Below are positions 20,433-31,579 of a stretch of DNA of 64,000 nt, in pieces. Where the stretch lies: the NCBI GenBank assembly GCA_001314905.1, contig LJZT01000001.1, forward strand, positions 37,074-101,073, in the 5' to 3' direction. The translations under genes were made by a program, and so were the position numbers. Each line of letters opens with the position of its first letter. Position 1 is the stretch's first letter. The notes beneath the pieces are model-generated. The model was not told the origin of the DNA. It searched no databases and saw only the letters and a program-made list of their open reading frames with translations. Source of the DNA: Phormidium sp. OSCR. GTDB taxonomy: Bacteria; Cyanobacteriota; Cyanobacteriia; Cyanobacteriales; Geitlerinemataceae.

Positions 20433-22463
20433 ATGAATAAACCCATGCCTTCTAAACAAATTCGCTCCCGCAACAGCAAAACCACCTCCCCCAAAACGAG
20501 CCCTCAAAAGGGTGGAGATCAAACCTCCCCCTTGAAAGTGATTCCCCTCGGTGGCCTTCATGAAATCGGCAAAAACACCTGTGTCTTTGAATATGAAGAC
20601 GAAATCGTCTTAGTTGACAGTGGCCTCGCCTTCCCCACCGACGCCATGCACGGAGTCAACATCGTGCTACCGGACATCGCCTATCTCAAAGAGAATGCTC
20701 ATAAAATTAAAGGTCTGGTGGTTACCCACGGCCACGAAGACCACATTGGCGGCATTCCCTATCACCTAAAACAGTTTGACATCCCCGTCATTTATGGTCC
20801 CCGCTTGGCCCTGGCCCTGCTCGGTAGCAAACTCGATGAAGCGGGACTGCGCAACAAAACCGAACTACGCACCGTTCAACCTCGGGATGTCATCACTCTG
20901 GGCGAACATTTCTCCTTTGAGTTTATCCGCAACACCCACTCCATGGCCGACAGTTTCACCCTGGCGGTGACGACTCCTGTGGGTGTGGTGGTCTTTACCG
21001 GTGACTTCAAGTTTGACCATACCCCCGTCGATGGCGAAAACTTCGACGTGCAACGGTTAGCCGAATACGGCGAGAAAGGTGTTCTTTGCCTGTTCAGTGA
21101 CTCGACGAACGCCGAGGTTCCTGGACTTTGCCCCTCTGAGCGATCGGTCTATCCCAACCTCGATCGCGTCTTTAGTGAAGCCAAAGGACGGCTGATGGTG
21201 ACCACCTTCGCCTCGTCAGTGCATCGGGTCAATATGATTCTAGACCTAGCTCAGAAACATGGGCGGTCAGTGGCCGTAGTGGGGCGATCGATGCTCAACG
21301 TCATCTCCCACGCTCGCAACCTTGGCTACGTCAAATGTGACGAAAGCCTCTTCAAATCCATCCAAGAAGTGCGTAATTTGCCCGACAAAGACGTGCTAAT
21401 TCTCACCACCGGCTCCCAAGGGGAACCGATGGCCGCACTCAGCCGCATCTCCCGTCGTGAACACCGGCAAATCCAGGTCAAACCCGGAGATACCATTGTC
21501 TTCTCGGCCAATCCCATCCCTGGCAACACCATCTCTGTGGTCAACACCATCGATCGCCTGATGATGCAAGGAGCCAATGTCATTTACGGTCGTCGTCAAG
21601 GTATCCATGTCTCGGGTCATGGTTGCCAAGAAGATCATAAATTGATGTTGGCCCTAACTCGGCCCAAATTCTTCGTTCCCGTCCATGGCGAACATCGGAT
21701 GTTGATCAAACATTCCCAAACCGCTCAAATGATGGGTGTCCCGGCCGAGAATATGTTGATTATCGACAACGGCCATATCGTAGAACTGCGCCCCGATAGT
21801 ATCTCCCTTGGCGGTAATGTTCAAGCCGGTATCGAGTTGGTGGATTCCTCCCACTCCGGGACGGTTCAGGATACCGTCCTCAAAGAACGTCAACAGTTAG
21901 CTGAAGATGGTGTCGTGACCACCGCCGTTGCTGTAGGGTGGGATGGCAAGTTAGCCACCCAGCCGGAAGTCCATATTCGCGGTGTGGCGACTGGTGTTGA
22001 TGACCAACGCTTACAGGAAAAAATTTCGGAAACTTTACAAACGGTGTTAGAAGACCGTTGGGATCATTACAACAATTCTGACAATGGTGAGCGTTCCGCT
22101 GATTGGTCGGGACTGAAATCTCGTTTAGAACGAGAGTTACGCCGCACCATTCGTCGGGAACTCCGCTGTGATCCCCTGTTGGTGTTTATGTTCCAGCCTC
22201 CCGTTGATGCGGACTATAAACCCGAGACTCAAAATAACGGCAGCTTGGTGACGAGTCGTTCTAGTAATGGCCGTTCAGCCAATGGCAATGGCCGCTCCAA
22301 TGGCAGTAAACCCAGCAAAGCGACGCCCAAACCCTCAACTCAGGTTGAGACGTCGGGTGATTCAGAGAAATCCTCGGACCCCTCTAAAACGACCCTGGAT
22401 GCAGAGAAACGTAACCCCAATCGTCGTCGTCGCACTCGTCCGACGGCTCGAGCCGCTTCCTAG
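20433..22463 (+). CDS. rnj: Ribonuclease J with long low-complexity C-terminal tail
   Basis: GGLHEIGKN, THGHEDHIGG, HVSGH, PVHGEHRML. Confidence 0.96.
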   Translation: MNKPMPSKQIRSRNSKTTSPKTSPQKGGDQTSPLKVIPLGGLHEIGKNTCVFEYEDEIVLVDSGLAFPTDAMHGVNIVLPDIAYLKENAHKIKGLVVTHGHEDHIGGIPYHLKQFDIPVIYGPRLALALLGSKLDEAGLRNKTELRTVQPRDVITLGEHFSFEFIRNTHSMADSFTLAVTTPVGVVVFTGDFKFDHTPVDGENFDVQRLAEYGEKGVLCLFSDSTNAEVPGLCPSERSVYPNLDRVFSEAKGRLMVTTFASSVHRVNMILDLAQKHGRSVAVVGRSMLNVISHARNLGYVKCDESLFKSIQEVRNLPDKDVLILTTGSQGEPMAALSRISRREHRQIQVKPGDTIVFSANPIPGNTISVVNTIDRLMMQGANVIYGRRQGIHVSGHGCQEDHKLMLALTRPKFFVPVHGEHRMLIKHSQTAQMMGVPAENMLIIDNGHIVELRPDSISLGGNVQAGIELVDSSHSGTVQDTVLKERQQLAEDGVVTTAVAVGWDGKLATQPEVHIRGVATGVDDQRLQEKISETLQTVLEDRWDHYNNSDNGERSADWSGLKSRLERELRRTIRRELRCDPLLVFMFQPPVDADYKPETQNNGSLVTSRSSNGRSANGNGRSNGSKPSKATPKPSTQVETSGDSEKSSDPSKTTLDAEKRNPNRRRRTRPTARAAS

Positions 22464-22502
22464 GCCGGTAGTTGTCTCATCCCCCTGCTCTCTCGTGCCT
22501 CC

Positions 22503-22608
22503 CTCGTGTCATGGCTCTGCCATGATACGGGCGGCTGGCGGCTCTGCCGCCTGAGAGCGGGAGGCAGAGCCTCCCCTGGGGCATTCCTTGGCAGAGCCAA
22601 GGAACGAG
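22503..22608. repeat. REP/REPIN-like palindromic element made of four hairpins
   Basis: Hairpins at 22503-22528, 22537-22551 (TCT loops) and 22559-22575, 22582-22608 (AGA loops); ends CTCGT...ACGAG are inverted. Confidence 0.8.
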
Positions 22609-22659
22609 GAGAGAGGAGACAACGAGGAGACAACGAGGAGACTAACGAGAGAATACAAG

Positions 22660-22694
22660 AAAGCGGGGTGTTGTTTACCACAACACCCCGCTTT
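22660..22694. terminator. Probably bidirectional intrinsic terminator between rnj and rplL
   Basis: Perfect 15-bp stem AAAGCGGGGTGTTGT/ACAACACCCCGCTTT with a TTACC loop. Confidence 0.85.
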
Positions 22695-22724
22695 TGTCAA
22701 AGAAACGAATCGGTCAAGACCCGA

Positions 22725-23129
22725 TTATTTAACGGAGACTTTTCCGCCGGCTTCTTCGATTTGTTTCTTAGCATCTTCAGCCGCATCTTTGGCTACAGCT
22801 TCTTTGATGGCTTTAGGCGTGCTTTCGACCATTTCTTTGGCTTCTTTGAGGCCAAGTCCGGTCAAGCCGCGCACAACTTTAAGGACAGCGATTTTCTTGT
22901 CGGCGGGGACTTCTTCGAGAATCACGTCAAATTCGGTTTTCTCTTCTTCTTCCTCAGCCGCAGCGGCGCCGCCACCCATCATGCCGGGGGCCATCATCAT
23001 CATACCGCCGCCAGCAGAGGCAGAGGCGTCAACACCGAAGGCTTCTTCGATTTGTTTGACGAGTTCAGAGGCCTCTAACAGGGAGAGGGATTTGAGTTGT
23101 TCGAGAATTTGATCGGTTTGTTCAGACAT
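22725..23129 (-). CDS. rplL: 50S ribosomal protein L7/L12
   Basis: [29 protein letters not shown]. Confidence 0.98.
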   Translation of the reverse strand: MSEQTDQILEQLKSLSLLEASELVKQIEEAFGVDASASAGGGMMMMAPGMMGGGAAAAEEEEEKTEFDVILEEVPADKKIAVLKVVRGLTGLGLKEAKEMVESTPKAIKEAVAKDAAEDAKKQIEEAGGKVSVK

Positions 23130-23207
23130 TGAGTAACACTCCGTTGGGATTAATGAATTGTTGGACGTAAACGAGTTGCCAATACTCACCACATGGGTTG
23201 TAGTGAT

Positions 23208-23765
23208 TTATTGGTCTTTTTCGGACACGGCTTTGACGGCGCGAACCAAAGAAGCCGGAACCTCTTTGATACCCACTGCCAGTTTCTTGGGAACGGCGTT
23301 GGTGCCAACTGCCAGTTTCGTGGGAATGGAATTGATTGCAGCGGCAATACGTGCAATAAGTTCTTCCTTGGTTGGCAGTTCGGTCAGCGCTTTGACATCG
23401 TCAGCACTGAGCTTTTGCCCTTCTAAAACACCACCCCGGAGTTCGGTTTTTTTGGTGTCTTTCTGAAACGCTTGGTAGGCTTTAATAGCCGTGCCAAAGT
23501 CGTCTTTGGCGAACAGGAATGCCGAAGATCCTTCGAGGAACTCGGTCATGGATTCCCAGTTCTCATCCCCTTCTACGGCGATGCGCATCAGGGTGTTTTT
23601 GGTCACCTTACAGACGGCGTCGGTTTCCCGTAGCCGCCCGCGTAGGTCGGTCATCTGGGCGACGGATAGCCCTTTGAAGTCAATGACTACAGCAAGCTGA
23701 GATTCGCTCAGTGTTTCTTTGAGTTCAGCGACGATCGCTTTTTTGTTTTCTAATGTTCTGCCCAA
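23208..23765 (-). CDS. rplJ: 50S ribosomal protein L10
   Basis: CKVTKNTLMRIA; position upstream of rplL. Confidence 0.98.
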   Translation of the reverse strand: MGRTLENKKAIVAELKETLSESQLAVVIDFKGLSVAQMTDLRGRLRETDAVCKVTKNTLMRIAVEGDENWESMTEFLEGSSAFLFAKDDFGTAIKAYQAFQKDTKKTELRGGVLEGQKLSADDVKALTELPTKEELIARIAAAINSIPTKLAVGTNAVPKKLAVGIKEVPASLVRAVKAVSEKDQ

Positions 23766-23912
23766 TCGGACTCACCTCCTTGTTTGCTGGGCATTCACTC
23801 AGTTGAGAAACCCCCTTGAGAATGTCCCAAACTGACACCCGTAAACTTCCGTTTTTGGGTCGTGTTTTGGGTCGGATGTAATTGGCTCAACTGACCCCCC
23901 TCCCTCCCTCCA

Positions 23913-24025
23913 CAAAAAGCCCCCAGTCGAGATGCCGGGGGAAGGGTTGGGGGACGCAGGCTGCGACCTCCAAACTCCTCACCTCGGCAGGATATTACGT
24001 GTTGAACACCCCTGCTGTCTCTGGT
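23913..24025 (-). promoter_or_regulatory. L10 (rplJL) leader autoregulatory RNA with downstream attenuator-like terminator
   Basis: Minus strand reads AGACAGCAGGGG...TAATATCCTGCCGAGGT (L10-leader-like core), then the CCCC...GGGG hairpin with TTTTT at 23913-23941. Confidence 0.75.
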
Positions 24026-24145
24026 TGAGAGCGTATTCAGTTAAGCCAATCTGTTTCGTGTTGTTGTTACCCGGTTGTTGTGGGTTGTTGGTTTGTCGTT
24101 GGGGAGAGTTTCTCCCCAGTCAGAAGACAGATTTAAGAGCGGGTC

Positions 24146-24865
24146 TTACGCCATCAAGTCTGCCATTTTCAGGTCTCGTAGAGCATTAACATCCACTTCG
24201 ATGGATGGCCCCATGGTCGAGGAGACGTAAATACTACGCCAGTAGCGTCCTTTGGCTCCTGAGGGGCGGTTGCGCTCGATACAGTCTTGTAATGCCTTGA
24301 GATTGATTAACAGGTCTTCAACAGGAAAATCTACTTTGCCGAACATGACATGGACGATGCCGGTGCGATCGGCACGAAATTCTAGTTTACCAGCTTTGAA
24401 CTCAGAAATGGCATTTTCTAAGTCGGTGGTAACGCTTCCCCCTTTAGGCGAAGGCATGAGGCCCTTCGGACCGAGGACGCGACCGAGTTTAGCCACCTGG
24501 GGCATCATGTCGGGGGTGGCGATTAACAGGTCGAAGTCTAGGCGACCTTGTTGGATTTCTTGGATGAGTTCTTCGGACCCATAAACGTCAGCTCCGGCGT
24601 TGGCGGCTTCTTGGACTTTCTCGCCGCGAGCGATGACGGCGACGCGGATGGTTTGCCCGGTTCCTTTGGGTAGGGCAACGGTGGTCCGCAGTTGCTGGTC
24701 GCTGTATTTGGGGTCGATGCCGAGGCGGATGTGAGCTTCGGCGGATTCGGGGAATTTAGCCGTTGCCGTCTCTTTGAGGAGGTTGAGGGCTTCGGTGGGT
24801 TCGTAGGGACGCTCCTCGACTTTTTGATGGAGTTCCCGTAGGCGACGTGAGAGTTTTCTGGTCAT
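24146..24865 (-). CDS. rplA: 50S ribosomal protein L1
   Basis: [31 protein letters not shown]. Confidence 0.98.
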   Translation of the reverse strand: MTRKLSRRLRELHQKVEERPYEPTEALNLLKETATAKFPESAEAHIRLGIDPKYSDQQLRTTVALPKGTGQTIRVAVIARGEKVQEAANAGADVYGSEELIQEIQQGRLDFDLLIATPDMMPQVAKLGRVLGPKGLMPSPKGGSVTTDLENAISEFKAGKLEFRADRTGIVHVMFGKVDFPVEDLLINLKALQDCIERNRPSGAKGRYWRSIYVSSTMGPSIEVDVNALRDLKMADLMA

Positions 24866-24979
24866 AATCTGCGTTGGGGTGGTTAGCGAAGTGAGACACT
24901 TCTCCCCCATTCAAATGGGTTTGTTTTGAGTCAGGTTGTCTAACTTGGGATGGGTCGAAGTGAGGCTCCACTGGGGAGG

Positions 24980-25405
24980 TTAGCCTTCGATTTTAACACC
25001 CATGTTGCGTGCCGTTCCTTCGATGATTTTCATGGCTGCCTCGATGTCGTTGGCGTTGAGGTCAGGCATTTTGGTTTCGGCAATTTCGCGCAGTTGGTCT
25101 CGGCCAATGGTTCCGACTTGGCTACGGTTGGGTTCACCAGACCCTTTCTCAATTCCAGCGGCTTTTTTGATTAGCACTGATGCGGGAGGGGTTTTGAGAA
25201 TAAAGGTGAAGCTACGATCTTCGTAAACGGAGATCTCAACGGGAACGATGGTCCCAACTTGCTCGGCGGTTTTGGCGTTATATTCTTTGCAAAATTGCAT
25301 GATATTGACGCCATGCTGCCCCAAGGCGGGACCAATGGGAGGCGCAGGATTGGCTTTACCCGCCGGAATGGCGAGCTTAATGAGCGCAACTACTTTTTTA
25401 GCCAT
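24980..25405 (-). CDS. rplK: 50S ribosomal protein L11
   Basis: [22 protein letters not shown]. Confidence 0.98.
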   Translation of the reverse strand: MAKKVVALIKLAIPAGKANPAPPIGPALGQHGVNIMQFCKEYNAKTAEQVGTIVPVEISVYEDRSFTFILKTPPASVLIKKAAGIEKGSGEPNRSQVGTIGRDQLREIAETKMPDLNANDIEAAMKIIEGTARNMGVKIEG

Positions 25406-25417
25406 TGATGATTAACT

Positions 25418-26077
25418 TTAACTCTGTTTTTCGACTTGGTTGAATTCTAATTCTACAGGCGTATCGCGCCCAAAGATAGACAGCAAGGCTTTGAGTTTGC
25501 TGCGTTCGGGGCTAACTTCAATGACTTCGCCTTCGAAGTCTTTAAATGGCCCGGACAAGACGACGATTTTATCGCCGGCATCCATGTCAATTTTGACGAC
25601 GGGTTCTTGTTCTCCGGTTTGTTTGAAGATGCGTTCGACTTCTGAGGGACTCAGGGGCATGGGTTTGACATGACCTCGCCCACGTCCATAACGCCGCTTT
25701 TGTTCTGCCCCGACAAAGTTAATCACATTGGGAGTGTTTTTGACAACTTGCCAAACTTCGTCATCCATACGCATTTGGATGAGGACGTAGCCGGGAAACA
25801 CTTTTTCCTCGATACTCTGTCTGGCTCCGTCTTTACGAACTTTGACGGCGGGGGTTTGGGGGATGGCGATTTGCAGGATGCGATCGGCAACGTCTAAGGT
25901 TTCTTTACGTTGGTCGATGTTGGCTTTGACTCGTTTTTCGCAGCCAGAGGCAACCTGCACCGCATACCAGCGAGGGCGCGGCTGTTGGGACTCTTTGGGA
26001 GTGCTTTGAAGCTCGTCTGAGTCGTTGTCGTCCCAGGGAGCATCGGATTCGTAGGATTGGTTGGATGAAAACGTCAT
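25418..26077 (-). CDS. nusG: Transcription termination/antitermination factor (ATG 26077 overlaps the secE stop)
   Basis: WYAVQVASGCE, VFPGYVLIQM, KOW motif SGPFKDFEG. Confidence 0.97.
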   Translation of the reverse strand: MTFSSNQSYESDAPWDDNDSDELQSTPKESQQPRPRWYAVQVASGCEKRVKANIDQRKETLDVADRILQIAIPQTPAVKVRKDGARQSIEEKVFPGYVLIQMRMDDEVWQVVKNTPNVINFVGAEQKRRYGRGRGHVKPMPLSPSEVERIFKQTGEQEPVVKIDMDAGDKIVVLSGPFKDFEGEVIEVSPERSKLKALLSIFGRDTPVELEFNQVEKQS

Positions 26078-26301
26078 CAGAATATCTGTTGTGCAGCCCA
26101 ACCGAACAGGTTATCGACTAAGTAAACGGCACTGGCCAACAGCGTCACCATCAACAGAACGGCGATGGATTCGCTAATGACTTGTTGTCTTGAGGGCCAG
26201 ACGACCTTAGAGAGTTCCTCTTTGGCTTCTTGAAGGAACTTAATCGGATCGAATTTTTGGGGGCTTGTCTGTTGCAGATTGGCTTCTTTTTTCTTCGCCA
26301 C
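26077..26301 (-). CDS. secE: Preprotein translocase subunit SecE
   Basis: ELSKVVWPSRQQ followed by a TM helix; position between trnW and nusG. Confidence 0.95.
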   Translation of the reverse strand: MAKKKEANLQQTSPQKFDPIKFLQEAKEELSKVVWPSRQQVISESIAVLLMVTLLASAVYLVDNLFGWAAQQIF

Positions 26302-26517
26302 AACGGTTAACCTCTTGGGGACGGACTCCAGTCTGGGCTGAACTTAGCCGACTGTGTGCTTCGGGTTGGTTGGTCATTCGGGAGTGCTGAGGTTCGGGCT
26401 CGATCCACGCCATACATCAGACAACACTCACCCGAAAGCTGAACACTTCCTGTTTCCAGGGAAGTATTGGTCAAGCTTTCGGGTTAAGCGTCTTTTTAAG
26501 AAGTTGGAGCGGTTCAA

Positions 26518-26590
26518 CGCGCCCTGGAGGACTCGAACCCCCGACATCAGGTTTTGGAGACCTGCGTTCTACCAACTGAACTAAGAGCGC
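26518..26590 (-). tRNA. trnW: tRNA-Trp (CCA)
   Basis: GCGCTCTTAGTTCAGTTGGTAGAACGCAGGTCTCCAAAACCTGATGTCGGGGGTTCGAGTCCTCCAGGGCGCG; cloverleaf with anticodon CCA. Confidence 0.98.
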
Positions 26591-26730
26591 ATCTCGTCTG
26601 GTTCAGACGTTGAACCTCTTCTCGATGATTCTATCATGAGTGGGGGCGCTTGGGAACGATTTGGCAATTTTTTTTTTGAGTTTCGGGTTGAAACTTGCGA
26701 GTCGCCCCCTCAGATCGCACCGAGCTGGGC

Positions 26731-27108
26731 TTATTTACGCGCTTTGGCGATGGGGCGATCGAAACGCTGTTTGAGGCGGGTCGCTTTGCCGACGCGATCG
26801 CGGAGGTAGTACAGTTTGGCCCGACGGGCTTTACCGCGACGGACGACGTTTATATAACTAACTCTCGGGGAATGAAGCAGGAACACCCGTTCAACGCCAA
26901 CGCCTTGAAAGACGCGGCGCACGGTGATGGTTTCATTGATGCCACCATTGCGCATGGCGATAATGGTCCCTTCGTAGGGCTGAACCCGCTCTTTACCGCC
27001 TTCTTGGATGACGACACCGACGCGGATGGTGTCACCGACATAGAGTTTGGGGAGATCGGATTTGAGATACTCAGATTCGATCGCCTGAATGATTTGTTGA
27101 CCCTTCAT
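26731..27108 (-). CDS. rplS: 50S ribosomal protein L19
   Basis: [30 protein letters not shown]. Confidence 0.97.
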   Translation of the reverse strand: MKGQQIIQAIESEYLKSDLPKLYVGDTIRVGVVIQEGGKERVQPYEGTIIAMRNGGINETITVRRVFQGVGVERVFLLHSPRVSYINVVRRGKARRAKLYYLRDRVGKATRLKQRFDRPIAKARK

Positions 27109-27161
27109 AGCTGCCTCGTTACGTTGCAGCCTTTTATCATAGATGCTGTTGAGGCCTTCCG

Positions 27162-28118
27162 TCAATCGACTTGCCGAGCGATGATGGTTCGGTGGCGCGG
27201 ATCGGTGGGAATGGTCTCGATATGGTTCAACCCGACTTGATTTAAGGTTTCCTCAACGTCAAAGGTGTAATAATCGTCGCTCCACGGCTCGGTGCTTTTC
27301 ATTAGGACAAATAACGCCGGGGGCAAATTTTGGATAACCGCCGATTTAGGATTGTTGTCCACAATGGCGAGAAGTCCACCGGGGCGCAAGATGCGTCGCA
27401 TTTCTCGGAAAATGGCGGTAGTGGCGTGGCGCGGCAGTTCGTGGAGGACGAACTGTAGGGTAATCACGTCAAAACTATGATCGCGAAAGTCGGTGGCTTC
27501 GGCGTTGCCATGCACCCATTGATGAATCTGCTGGCTTTGGTCTCGCCGTTGGGCAACGGCTAACATATGGGGGGATAAGTCTAAGCCGACGGTGCGAAGG
27601 GGCTGGGATTGACGATTTTGTAGGTAGCGGTGGAGAAATTCGCTGGAAATGCCGATGGAACAGCCGACATCGAGGGCATTTTCGATGGTTTGGGGGAGAT
27701 GAGGGGCGATCGCCTCGAAGAAGGAGTGCCGCAGTCGTTGTTGAGCGATATCGGGGCTGAGGGCTTCATCTTTCCAAACCCGTAAAGCCATCGATTGGGT
27801 GGCCGGTTCAGCTTCTAGGGCTGCCAACCAGCAGAGATTCCCGGCATCGTAGGCGTGGAAGGGAACTTGGTAATAGTCGGGATAGGTCAGGTTAGGGTTA
27901 GTAATACTGGCTAAACTGGCTCGAAGTTCCTCACTGTCGAGTTCAGCGACGCGATCGCGCCAGCGAACGCCGTTTTTCTCGGCGGTTTTAATCAAAACCC
28001 GTCGTGCTTGCTGTTTCATCAGCCGATACAGCAGCGGTGTGGCGATGAGTTGGTTGACGAGACGAGCGAGCCAGTCATCGCCGGCCCAGGCGGGTTTATT
28101 AACAGAGGTGGAGGTCAT
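27162..28118 (-). CDS. Class I SAM-dependent methyltransferase
   Basis: ALDVGCSIG motif [15 protein letters not shown]. Confidence 0.88.
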   Translation of the reverse strand: MTSTSVNKPAWAGDDWLARLVNQLIATPLLYRLMKQQARRVLIKTAEKNGVRWRDRVAELDSEELRASLASITNPNLTYPDYYQVPFHAYDAGNLCWLAALEAEPATQSMALRVWKDEALSPDIAQQRLRHSFFEAIAPHLPQTIENALDVGCSIGISSEFLHRYLQNRQSQPLRTVGLDLSPHMLAVAQRRDQSQQIHQWVHGNAEATDFRDHSFDVITLQFVLHELPRHATTAIFREMRRILRPGGLLAIVDNNPKSAVIQNLPPALFVLMKSTEPWSDDYYTFDVEETLNQVGLNHIETIPTDPRHRTIIARQVD

Positions 28119-28326
28119 AGAGAGACGCTGATGATTAGGGTAGAGGAACTGTGATGCTGATTATCGAAGAATCGTCATCGAGTCGTCAAGTTTGGGGGCG
28201 ATCGCCGGTCTCCTCTTGCGGGACGTCCCCGCGATCGTCAACCATGAGGGAACATCAAAACAATCGTCGCGAAATTGTTGCCCATTCTAGTCGCTCATTA
28301 TAGAAACATTGGAGACTCAGCCCACC

Positions 28327-28947
28327 ATGACACAAGTGATTCCCGCTGACGCGATGGAGTTCTTTAAGCAGAGTGCCGGAACCTGGCATTCTCAACGAAC
28401 CACCCATCATCTGCCCTTCCGTCGTGCGGAACTAGGCGGATCGGAAATTTTCGTCGAAACCCTCCCCCCCGACGATCCCCGCGTGGTCGACATTTGCCAG
28501 ATGTACGAGATCGACCCGAAAACTGCCTCCGGGGGCGCTTTTGTCCGCTGGAATGGTTCTATGCAGTGGGATCGTGACAATGACGAAAACCATGCCGGCT
28601 CAACGGTGTTCGCCATTGTGCCGGACGCGGACAATCCCCGTCAGGGTAAGATGTTGCGCGAACGGGGCTACGCCGAGAAAGTCCCAGTAGCGGGGCGATA
28701 TGAACTCGATGATGACGGAGGAATGAGTTTGATTACAGAGTATGAAACCATGAGTTCCGTGGAGCGGTTTTGGTTTCCCAGTCCGGGGGTGCGGATGCGT
28801 ACAAGTACGGTGAAACGGTTTGGTGGCTTTAACACGGCCACCTTTTGCACCGAAAGTCGGGTTGAGACCTCTAATCCCGAAATGAGCGGCATCCCTGAGG
28901 CTGGAGATGAGGCCAGTCAGAGCTTTTACTCGTTGTTGGGCTGGTAG
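28327..28947 (+). CDS. cpcS: Phycobiliprotein lyase, CpcS/CpeS family
   Basis: MEFFKQSAGTWHSQRTTHHL, GYAEK, ERFWF. Confidence 0.88.
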   Translation: MTQVIPADAMEFFKQSAGTWHSQRTTHHLPFRRAELGGSEIFVETLPPDDPRVVDICQMYEIDPKTASGGAFVRWNGSMQWDRDNDENHAGSTVFAIVPDADNPRQGKMLRERGYAEKVPVAGRYELDDDGGMSLITEYETMSSVERFWFPSPGVRMRTSTVKRFGGFNTATFCTESRVETSNPEMSGIPEAGDEASQSFYSLLGW

Positions 28948-29136
28948 AGGGCCGGTAGATGGGGAAAGGCGATCGCCTGACAAGCCCAACCCGCAAATCG
29001 TAAATTTTCTTTACGTTTAGTGTTAAAAATTGTTGCTGACGTTCATAAAAATGGGACTCGGTTGAAGCCAATCCCCTAATCTAAAGGTTGACTAGTCCAC
29101 AAATAGCAAACCCTTTAAGCTTACGGAGATATTAAC

Positions 29137-29892
29137 GTGGCACTTCCCTTACTCAGTTACACGCCGAAAAGCCAAAACGTGCGTGTCGCGGGATACGTCG
29201 TTCCCGGCGACGAAGACCCCTATGTGTTCGATACGGAGAATCTGCCCTCAGGGTCAGATATGGATGAGTTCATCTGGGCGGCATACCGCCAGATTTATAG
29301 CGAACACCAAATCCTCAAAAGCAACCGTCAGACCTTCTTAGAGTCTCAACTCAAGGATGAGCGCATTACCATGCGTCAGTTCATTCGCGGTTTGCTGCTG
29401 TCGGACCCGTTCCGCCGTCGTAACTTTGAGACCAACAGCAACTACCGTTTTGCTGAACTCTGCGTGCAACGGGTTCTCGGACGGGATGTTTACAGCGAGC
29501 GTGAGAAAATCGCTTGGTCGATTGTCATCGCCAACAAGGGTGTTGAAGGCTTTGTTGATGAACTGCTCAACAGCGACGAATACCTGGAAAACTTCGGCGA
29601 TACGATTGTGCCGTTCCAACGCCGCCGCAATCTGCCTCAGCGGGCTATGGGTGAAACGCCCTTTAATCTAAAAACTCCCCGCTATGGTGCGTACCACCGT
29701 AATCAATTGGGCTTCCCCCAAATTGTTTGGCAGAATGCTGTACGTCGCTTCCGTCCTCAAGAGAAGCAACCCACCGAGGGCAATCCCGAACGGTTCCTCG
29801 GCATGGCGCGGGCTGTGTCTTCGGGACAACCGTCGGCACCTCGTCCGTCTCTGCAAAACTTGAACTACTTGGCTGCGGTTCCCCGTCGCTAG
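29137..29892 (+). CDS. cpcG: Phycobilisome rod-core linker polypeptide (hydrophilic C-terminus, CpcG rather than CpcL)
   Basis: [39 protein letters not shown]. Confidence 0.93.
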   Translation: MALPLLSYTPKSQNVRVAGYVVPGDEDPYVFDTENLPSGSDMDEFIWAAYRQIYSEHQILKSNRQTFLESQLKDERITMRQFIRGLLLSDPFRRRNFETNSNYRFAELCVQRVLGRDVYSEREKIAWSIVIANKGVEGFVDELLNSDEYLENFGDTIVPFQRRRNLPQRAMGETPFNLKTPRYGAYHRNQLGFPQIVWQNAVRRFRPQEKQPTEGNPERFLGMARAVSSGQPSAPRPSLQNLNYLAAVPRR

Positions 29893-29977
29893 GCTGGTCT
29901 AACGGTTATTATCTAACCGTTTTGACAGCGACTGATGATTGCTCAGAAATGGGTGGTTGTTGGTCGCTTTTTTTTTA

Positions 29978-30091
29978 GGGAATGGGGAATAGGGAACAGG
30001 GAACAGGGGAAGAAAGGCAAGAGGCAAGAGGCAAGAGGCAAGAGGCAAGAGGCAAGAGGCAAGAGGCAAGAGGCAAGAGGCAAGAGGCAAG
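29978..30091. repeat. Heptamer tandem repeats: GGGAAT/GGGAACA units then 11 x AGGCAAG
   Basis: AGGCAAG exact from 30015 to 30091, between the convergent cpcG and rluD genes. Confidence 0.95.
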
Positions 30092-30099
30092 AGGGGGCT

Positions 30100-31023
30100 T
30101 TAGCGGCGGCGTTTGAGGACTTGCAGGAGTTTGTTGAGATGGGGGGGGAGGGGGGCGATCGCCTCGATGGTGTCTCCCGATTGGGGATGTTCTAGGGTTA
30201 ACTTCCAGGCGTGGAGGGCTTGGCCGGGTAGGTTAACTCCGAGGGAGCGACCGGAACCATAGAGGGGGTCTCCCACGATAGGATGCCCGATGGAGGCACT
30301 GTGGACGCGAATTTGGTGGGTGCGACCGGTTTCGAGACGAAAATGAACGAGGCTGTGGTTTCCGAGGGCTTCCTGGACCTGCCAGTGGGTGATGGCACTG
30401 CGGCCGCCTTGGTCTTCGGGGACGATCGCCATCTTTTTGCGATCGACCCGATGACGAGCGATGGGACGATTGATGGTTCCTGAGGGCTGGCTGGGTGAGC
30501 CATAAACGATGCCTAAATACTCGCGACGGGCGGTTTTGGCCTGGATTTGGGCTTGTAAATGCTGGTGGGCGCGATCGCTTTTGGCAATGACGATCGCCCC
30601 GGTGGTGTCTTTGTCGAGGCGGTGGACGATTCCGGGACGCTGTACGCCGCCAATCCCGGAGAGGCGATCGCCGCAATGGGCTAACAGGGCGTTGACGAGG
30701 GTATCGTTGTAATGACCGGGGGCGGGGTGAACCACTAGGCCAGCGGGTTTGTTGACAATTAGGAGATGCTCGTCTTCGTAGAGGATATCGAGGGCCATCT
30801 CTAGGGGTTGGATGTCCAAGGGGGTGGCCGCTGGAATGTCGATGCTGAGGCGATCGCCGGCCTGGACTTTGAGTTTTTTGGAGAGACAGGGTTCTCCGTT
30901 GACTCGGACACAGTTGTGTTCGATGAGTTGCTGGATGCGCGATCGCGAGAGATCGGCCAGGTTTTGCGAGAGGATGCGATCGAGGCGATCGCCCGATTCG
31001 GTTACGTCGAGGGTGATAGTCAT
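30100..31023 (-). CDS. rluD: RluA/RluD family pseudouridine synthase with S4 domain
   Basis: NKPAGLVVHP, GIVHRLDKDTTG, LETGRTHQIRVH. Confidence 0.92.
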   Translation of the reverse strand: MTITLDVTESGDRLDRILSQNLADLSRSRIQQLIEHNCVRVNGEPCLSKKLKVQAGDRLSIDIPAATPLDIQPLEMALDILYEDEHLLIVNKPAGLVVHPAPGHYNDTLVNALLAHCGDRLSGIGGVQRPGIVHRLDKDTTGAIVIAKSDRAHQHLQAQIQAKTARREYLGIVYGSPSQPSGTINRPIARHRVDRKKMAIVPEDQGGRSAITHWQVQEALGNHSLVHFRLETGRTHQIRVHSASIGHPIVGDPLYGSGRSLGVNLPGQALHAWKLTLEHPQSGDTIEAIAPLPPHLNKLLQVLKRRR

Positions 31024-31303
31024 GGAACAGGGCAACGGAGACCAGAATTAGGGTTTTATAATTTTAGGGGATACTCCCAGACAAATTTCATGAAGATTGC
31101 TTATGCTCAAACAAGTTATGGTCAGATGCCCGTCATATCTTCTATAATTGCCTATCGACGCGCTCAAAATGCGTCAAGTTCGTCCTCCAAGTCTTTTAAC
31201 CTCGCGTTTTCAAGGCTTAACGAGATTATAAACTCAGCTTAATCTCACGGATTGATCTGCCAAATATACCGGGGCAAACTTACGCTTACAACAGGAGCCA
31301 GCT

Positions 31304-31579
31304 ATGCAAGATGCAACCATTCTAGGATTGTTGGCGGGAATGATGACGACGCTCGCTTATCTCCCCCAACTGATTAAAACATGGCAGTCTAAATCGGCTG
31401 ACGATATTTCTTGGAGTATGTTAATTATCCTCTGTTTGGGGATTCTCTTGTGGCTGGTGTATGGAACGTCCGTTCACGATTTACCTGTCATTTGCGCCAA
31501 TATTCTGACATTAATTCTTTCATCGACCATTTTGGGGTTAAAGGTTCACTATCGCTTACGGCGGGCTTCGATTGATTAG
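31304..31579 (+). CDS. SemiSWEET (PQ-loop) sugar transporter
   Basis: 91 aa, three TM helices, TTLAYLPQLIKTW, DIS, WLVYG. Confidence 0.88.
   Translation: MQDATILGLLAGMMTTLAYLPQLIKTWQSKSADDISWSMLIILCLGILLWLVYGTSVHDLPVICANILTLILSSTILGLKVHYRLRRASID

Noticed and set aside
22200-22463. Low-complexity RNase J tail as a novel domain
   Set aside because: Long disordered tails are usual for cyanobacterial RNase J
22506-23112. 190-aa (+) and 174-aa (-) ORFs
   Set aside because: Overlap rplL and the REP/terminator region; shadows
29000-29020. NtcA site upstream of cpcG
   Set aside because: GTA-N9-TAC spacing does not fit GTA-N8-TAC
29899-30195. ORFs reading PLASCLL.../KRQEARG...
   Set aside because: Translations of the AGGCAAG heptamer array, not genes
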